A stretch of 63,628 nt of DNA, counting the filler, from Saprolegnia diclina VS20 (lineage: Eukaryota): NCBI RefSeq assembly GCF_000281045.1. It is 7 parts of 3 records of this genome, joined end to end, with 100 filler letters (N's around TTAATTAATTAA, not from the genome) between each part and the next. Parts side by side here need not be neighbours in the genome. Positions count along the whole stretch, not along the records: positions 59,485 to 61,506 come from NW_008246102.1; positions 61,607 to 63,628 come from NW_008246102.1; 5 more parts are not named here. One strand, written 5' to 3'. A program made the translations under genes and the position numbers. The notes under the pieces are model-generated. The model ran no database searches and was not told the origin of the DNA. It was given only the letters and a program-made list of their open reading frames with translations. Below are positions 60,616-63,628 of the stretch, piece by piece; the first letter of the stretch is position 1, and every line of letters begins with the position of its first letter.

Positions 60616-61506
60616 ATGAGTGAAGACGAAGGCGAGGACGCGTATCATTTGCGCTCGTTTGCGCGTGACGTGGCAGTGCCGCACTGCTGCTTGTACAAGC
60701 CTGCCGTCGAGCGCAACCCGACGGCGACACTCGGTAGCATTGCCGTGCCTTCGTGGCCGCTACCGACGGAGACCCTCGCGGCGCTGACGACCACGTACGC
60801 TGGCCTCATCCCAGCCAAGGACGTCGTCTTCCGTGGCTTCTACGACATTACGAGGCATGAGGTCATGGCCGAGTCCTTCCTCCTCGGCCAGCTCGACCCC
60901 GAGCAAAACGAGTACGACGAGCAACTCGAGTTTGGCAAGACACTGGCCCATTTTGCCATCGATACGACCGGTGACGCGTCGACGTTGACGCTGACATCCA
61001 TGCAAGCGCCACCCCACACCTTTGCCACGGTTGTCTACTTTTTCCCGTCCAACTGCGTCGGTGGCGCCATCACGATCTCACACGGCCACCGGACAACGAC
61101 GTACGAGGCACTCGACCGGCGCTTTCTCTCGTTCTACAGCACGTGTGACGTGACCGTGGCGCCCATCACGTCCGGGCACCGGTCTTTTGCCGTGTATTAT
61201 GCCACGTACGACTTAGACGATGACGACTCGGACGACTACGGGCCCACGCCCAAGTATGCGCCACCGCCGCTGCCAACGATCCCAGAGCTCCAGGAGGCTT
61301 CCCGCAACTACGCTCGCTATGACGCTATTGCTGTCACGATCCGGCTCGAGACACGTAGTTTGACGCCGACGTTTGATTCGCTCGTTGGTCGTCGTGACAA
61401 GGCCGTCGTCGACCGGCTACTGGCGGCAGACGTCTTTGACATTGCACTTTTGCAGGCGGGCGACAACGACAACGATGGCGCGCCGACGCTGTCCGAGACG
61501 TTTCAT
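60616..61506 (+). CDS. Degenerate 2OG-Fe(II) oxygenase-like protein, 3'-truncated by gap
   Basis: TFATVVYFFPSNCVGGAITI..FLSFYSTCDVTVAPITSGHR..VY. Confidence 0.65.
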
Positions 61507-61606
61507 NNNNNNNNNNNNNNNNNNNNNNNNNNNNNNNNNNNNNNNNNNNNTTAATTAATTAANNNNNNNNNNNNNNNNNNNNNNNNNNNNNNNNNNNNNN
61601 NNNNNN
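61507..61606. other. Assembly gap with synthetic linker
   Basis: N44-TTAATTAATTAA-N44. Confidence 0.97.
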
Positions 61607-63120
61607 GACAAGAGACGTGGCCACCACAGCGGGATGCAGACACGCGCGATCGAGTGCGCGACGGCGTCGCCGGTGGTCGCGAGGTGCACCAAATGAGCAG
61701 CGAATTCAATCGTGATGTCGGCCGTTTGAAGTCGATGCTGGAACCGGGCGCCGCCAAAGCGTCGAAGCACCGCGACAATCCAATTTGCCATGTCTTCGTC
61801 GTCGGCCCACTGGACGTGCACGTCCAAAAATGCTTCGATGAGCTCCACGTCGCCGTGGTCGTAGAGCAGAGACGCCATCGCGGACGTGATTTGGTCGGGG
61901 TCTGGACCATACTTGTCCCGGGGCTGCGGGTAAAAGTACCGGAAGGCAGCTGTAAAGACGCTGTCGAGCGATCCGAAGCCGAGGTCGTCGGTCATATCAC
62001 CGTCCAAGTTGGCACGCAAGACCGACATCAAGCGGTTGTAGCCCAGAATGTGCACGCGCGCCGCTTTGGGCCAAACGAGGAGAAAGCAGCCGTACACTTG
62101 TAGCCCGTCGTTCTCAATGGGCCACCCGAAGTAAACCCTACCGTGCGCCTCGGAGACGTCTGCAAACTCCTTGATTGGCGACTGGTGGTAGATCTCTTGG
62201 ACGAGCGCCGGTGTCGCACACAATGGGTGGAACGTCTCGGGCAGCGGCGGAATGGGCTCGGTGACTTTCTTGTCGTCTTGGGTCGGCCGTTCAAATACAA
62301 TGTCAAAGACGTCCGTGGCCACCAGCCGATCGACGATCGCCTTGTCACGACCCGTGAGCGAATCAAACGTCGGCGTCAAGCTGGGTGACTCAAGGTAGAT
62401 CGCGACGCCAATGTAGCCCTCCGGATCGTATTGGCAAGCAACGTCTTGGAGGACTTGGACCGACGGCAGCGGCCGCGGCGCGTACCAAGCCTTGGGCACT
62501 TTGCTGTGCCACCCCGATTCTTCCAAGTCGTACGCAGCGTGATACACAGCACAAGCCCGGTGTCCGGACGTGATGGGCGCCACCGTCACGTCACACGTGC
62601 TGTAGAACGAGAGAAAGCACCCGTCGACGGCCTCGAACGTCGTCGTCCAGTCGTTGTCTGAGATGGTGACGGCTCCACCGACGCAGTTGGACGGGAAGAA
62701 GTAGATGACAGTTGCAAAGGTATGGCGAGGCCGTCGCTTCGTCGCCGGCTTCAACTTGGATGCGTCGCCGGTCAAGTCGATCGCAAAATGCGCCAGCCTC
62801 GTGTTGTACGCCATCGAGAAGTAGTTGCCGTCGTCTGGCGCGGGATCCAGCTCGCCGAGCAGGTCACATTCGCAAAAAAAATCGCCATGGAAAAAGTGGT
62901 AACTGTTGTGGATCGTGACGTCCTGGGCCGGCACACGCTCGGGGTACTTGGCCATGAGAGCGCCCGCAGTCTCAGTCGAGAGAGGCCACGACGAAACGGT
63001 GAGGTCACCGAGCTTGACGGTGGGGCTGCACCTGGCGTTAGCCTCGCTTAGGCAGCAGTGGACCCTCGCAATATCACGTGCAATCGTCTGCAGAGTGGTC
63101 TTGTCCTCGTCGTCACTCAT
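61607..63120 (-). CDS. Degenerate 2OG-Fe(II) oxygenase-like protein (paralog), 3'-truncated by gap
   Basis: ATG 63120 (MSDDEDK); same TFATVIYFFPSNCVGGAVTI..FYSTCDVTVAPITSGHR core; later LLVWP motif. Confidence 0.7.
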
Positions 63121-63628
63121 CCAAAGCAAATGTAATTGTGCGTCTTCCGATGCTCTCGGAATTGGCAAGATGATGAAATCGCATGGTATACATGGTATAG
63201 GCAGTTGGTATAGGCGACGTCTCTGCAATGTGCAATGTGGATGTAACAAACGGCTTACATGTGTTGGACTATCATTCATGCACATCGCGAACGCCCCTGA
63301 GTGATGCTCTTAACCGATGCAATAGCATGGGCGATTTGTAGACGGAGCCACGAGTTGGCGCCGTTGCCGCGTCGCTCGCGTCAACACATGACGTCAACCT
63401 TACATGTATCTACGAGAGGCAAGACTCGCTAGCCTTGGGCTTGGGCAGGCGGACGACCGACAGGCGAGGCGCCACGCGACGGCGCCGTCGTGACCGGCAC
63501 GTATAGCGAAACCAGTCGCGGGCAGCTGGAGAGCGCACCAATATCGAGCTCAAGCATCGTCGTCGTTGACGTGCTGGCACTCGAGTCCTACGTTGAAGGC
63601 GGTAGCAGTCTCCAGCGGCTGGGCTCCA

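Overview
GC-rich eukaryotic genomic DNA with short (~40-60 nt) GT-AG introns. The gene repertoire (SF-assemblin, ZMYND10, full-size PDR-type ABCG, START-FYVE protein, bZIP-like family, GH18 with Cys-rich tail) points to an oomycete, probably Saprolegniales; this is inference. Six 100-bp N-gaps each carry an artificial TTAATTAATTAA linker, so adjacency across them is not guaranteed. Bases 1-53,000 are gene-dense (~30 genes). The last ~10 kb is fragmented, repeat-rich and holds pseudoenzyme families. Two non-coding signals stand out. (1) A ~305-nt fully nested, G-U-rich structured RNA candidate at 15724-16030, with a CCCATGA element ~27 nt upstream and a telomere-template-like TAACGCTAAA next to its closing helix. 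(2) An array of strand-specific ssDNA mini-hairpins (GNA/GNNA loops, tandem G-A pairs, covarying stems) at 54752-55293. Unusual proteins include a PH-VPS9-PDZ-ankyrin-RasGEF dual GEF, a NudE-like protein ending in a CaaX box, a likely myristoylated globin, a TOG/CAP-Gly fusion, a MYND-less ZMYND10 and a CNBD channel with a non-GYG pore. All calls come from reading the sequence by eye; no searches or folding programs were run.
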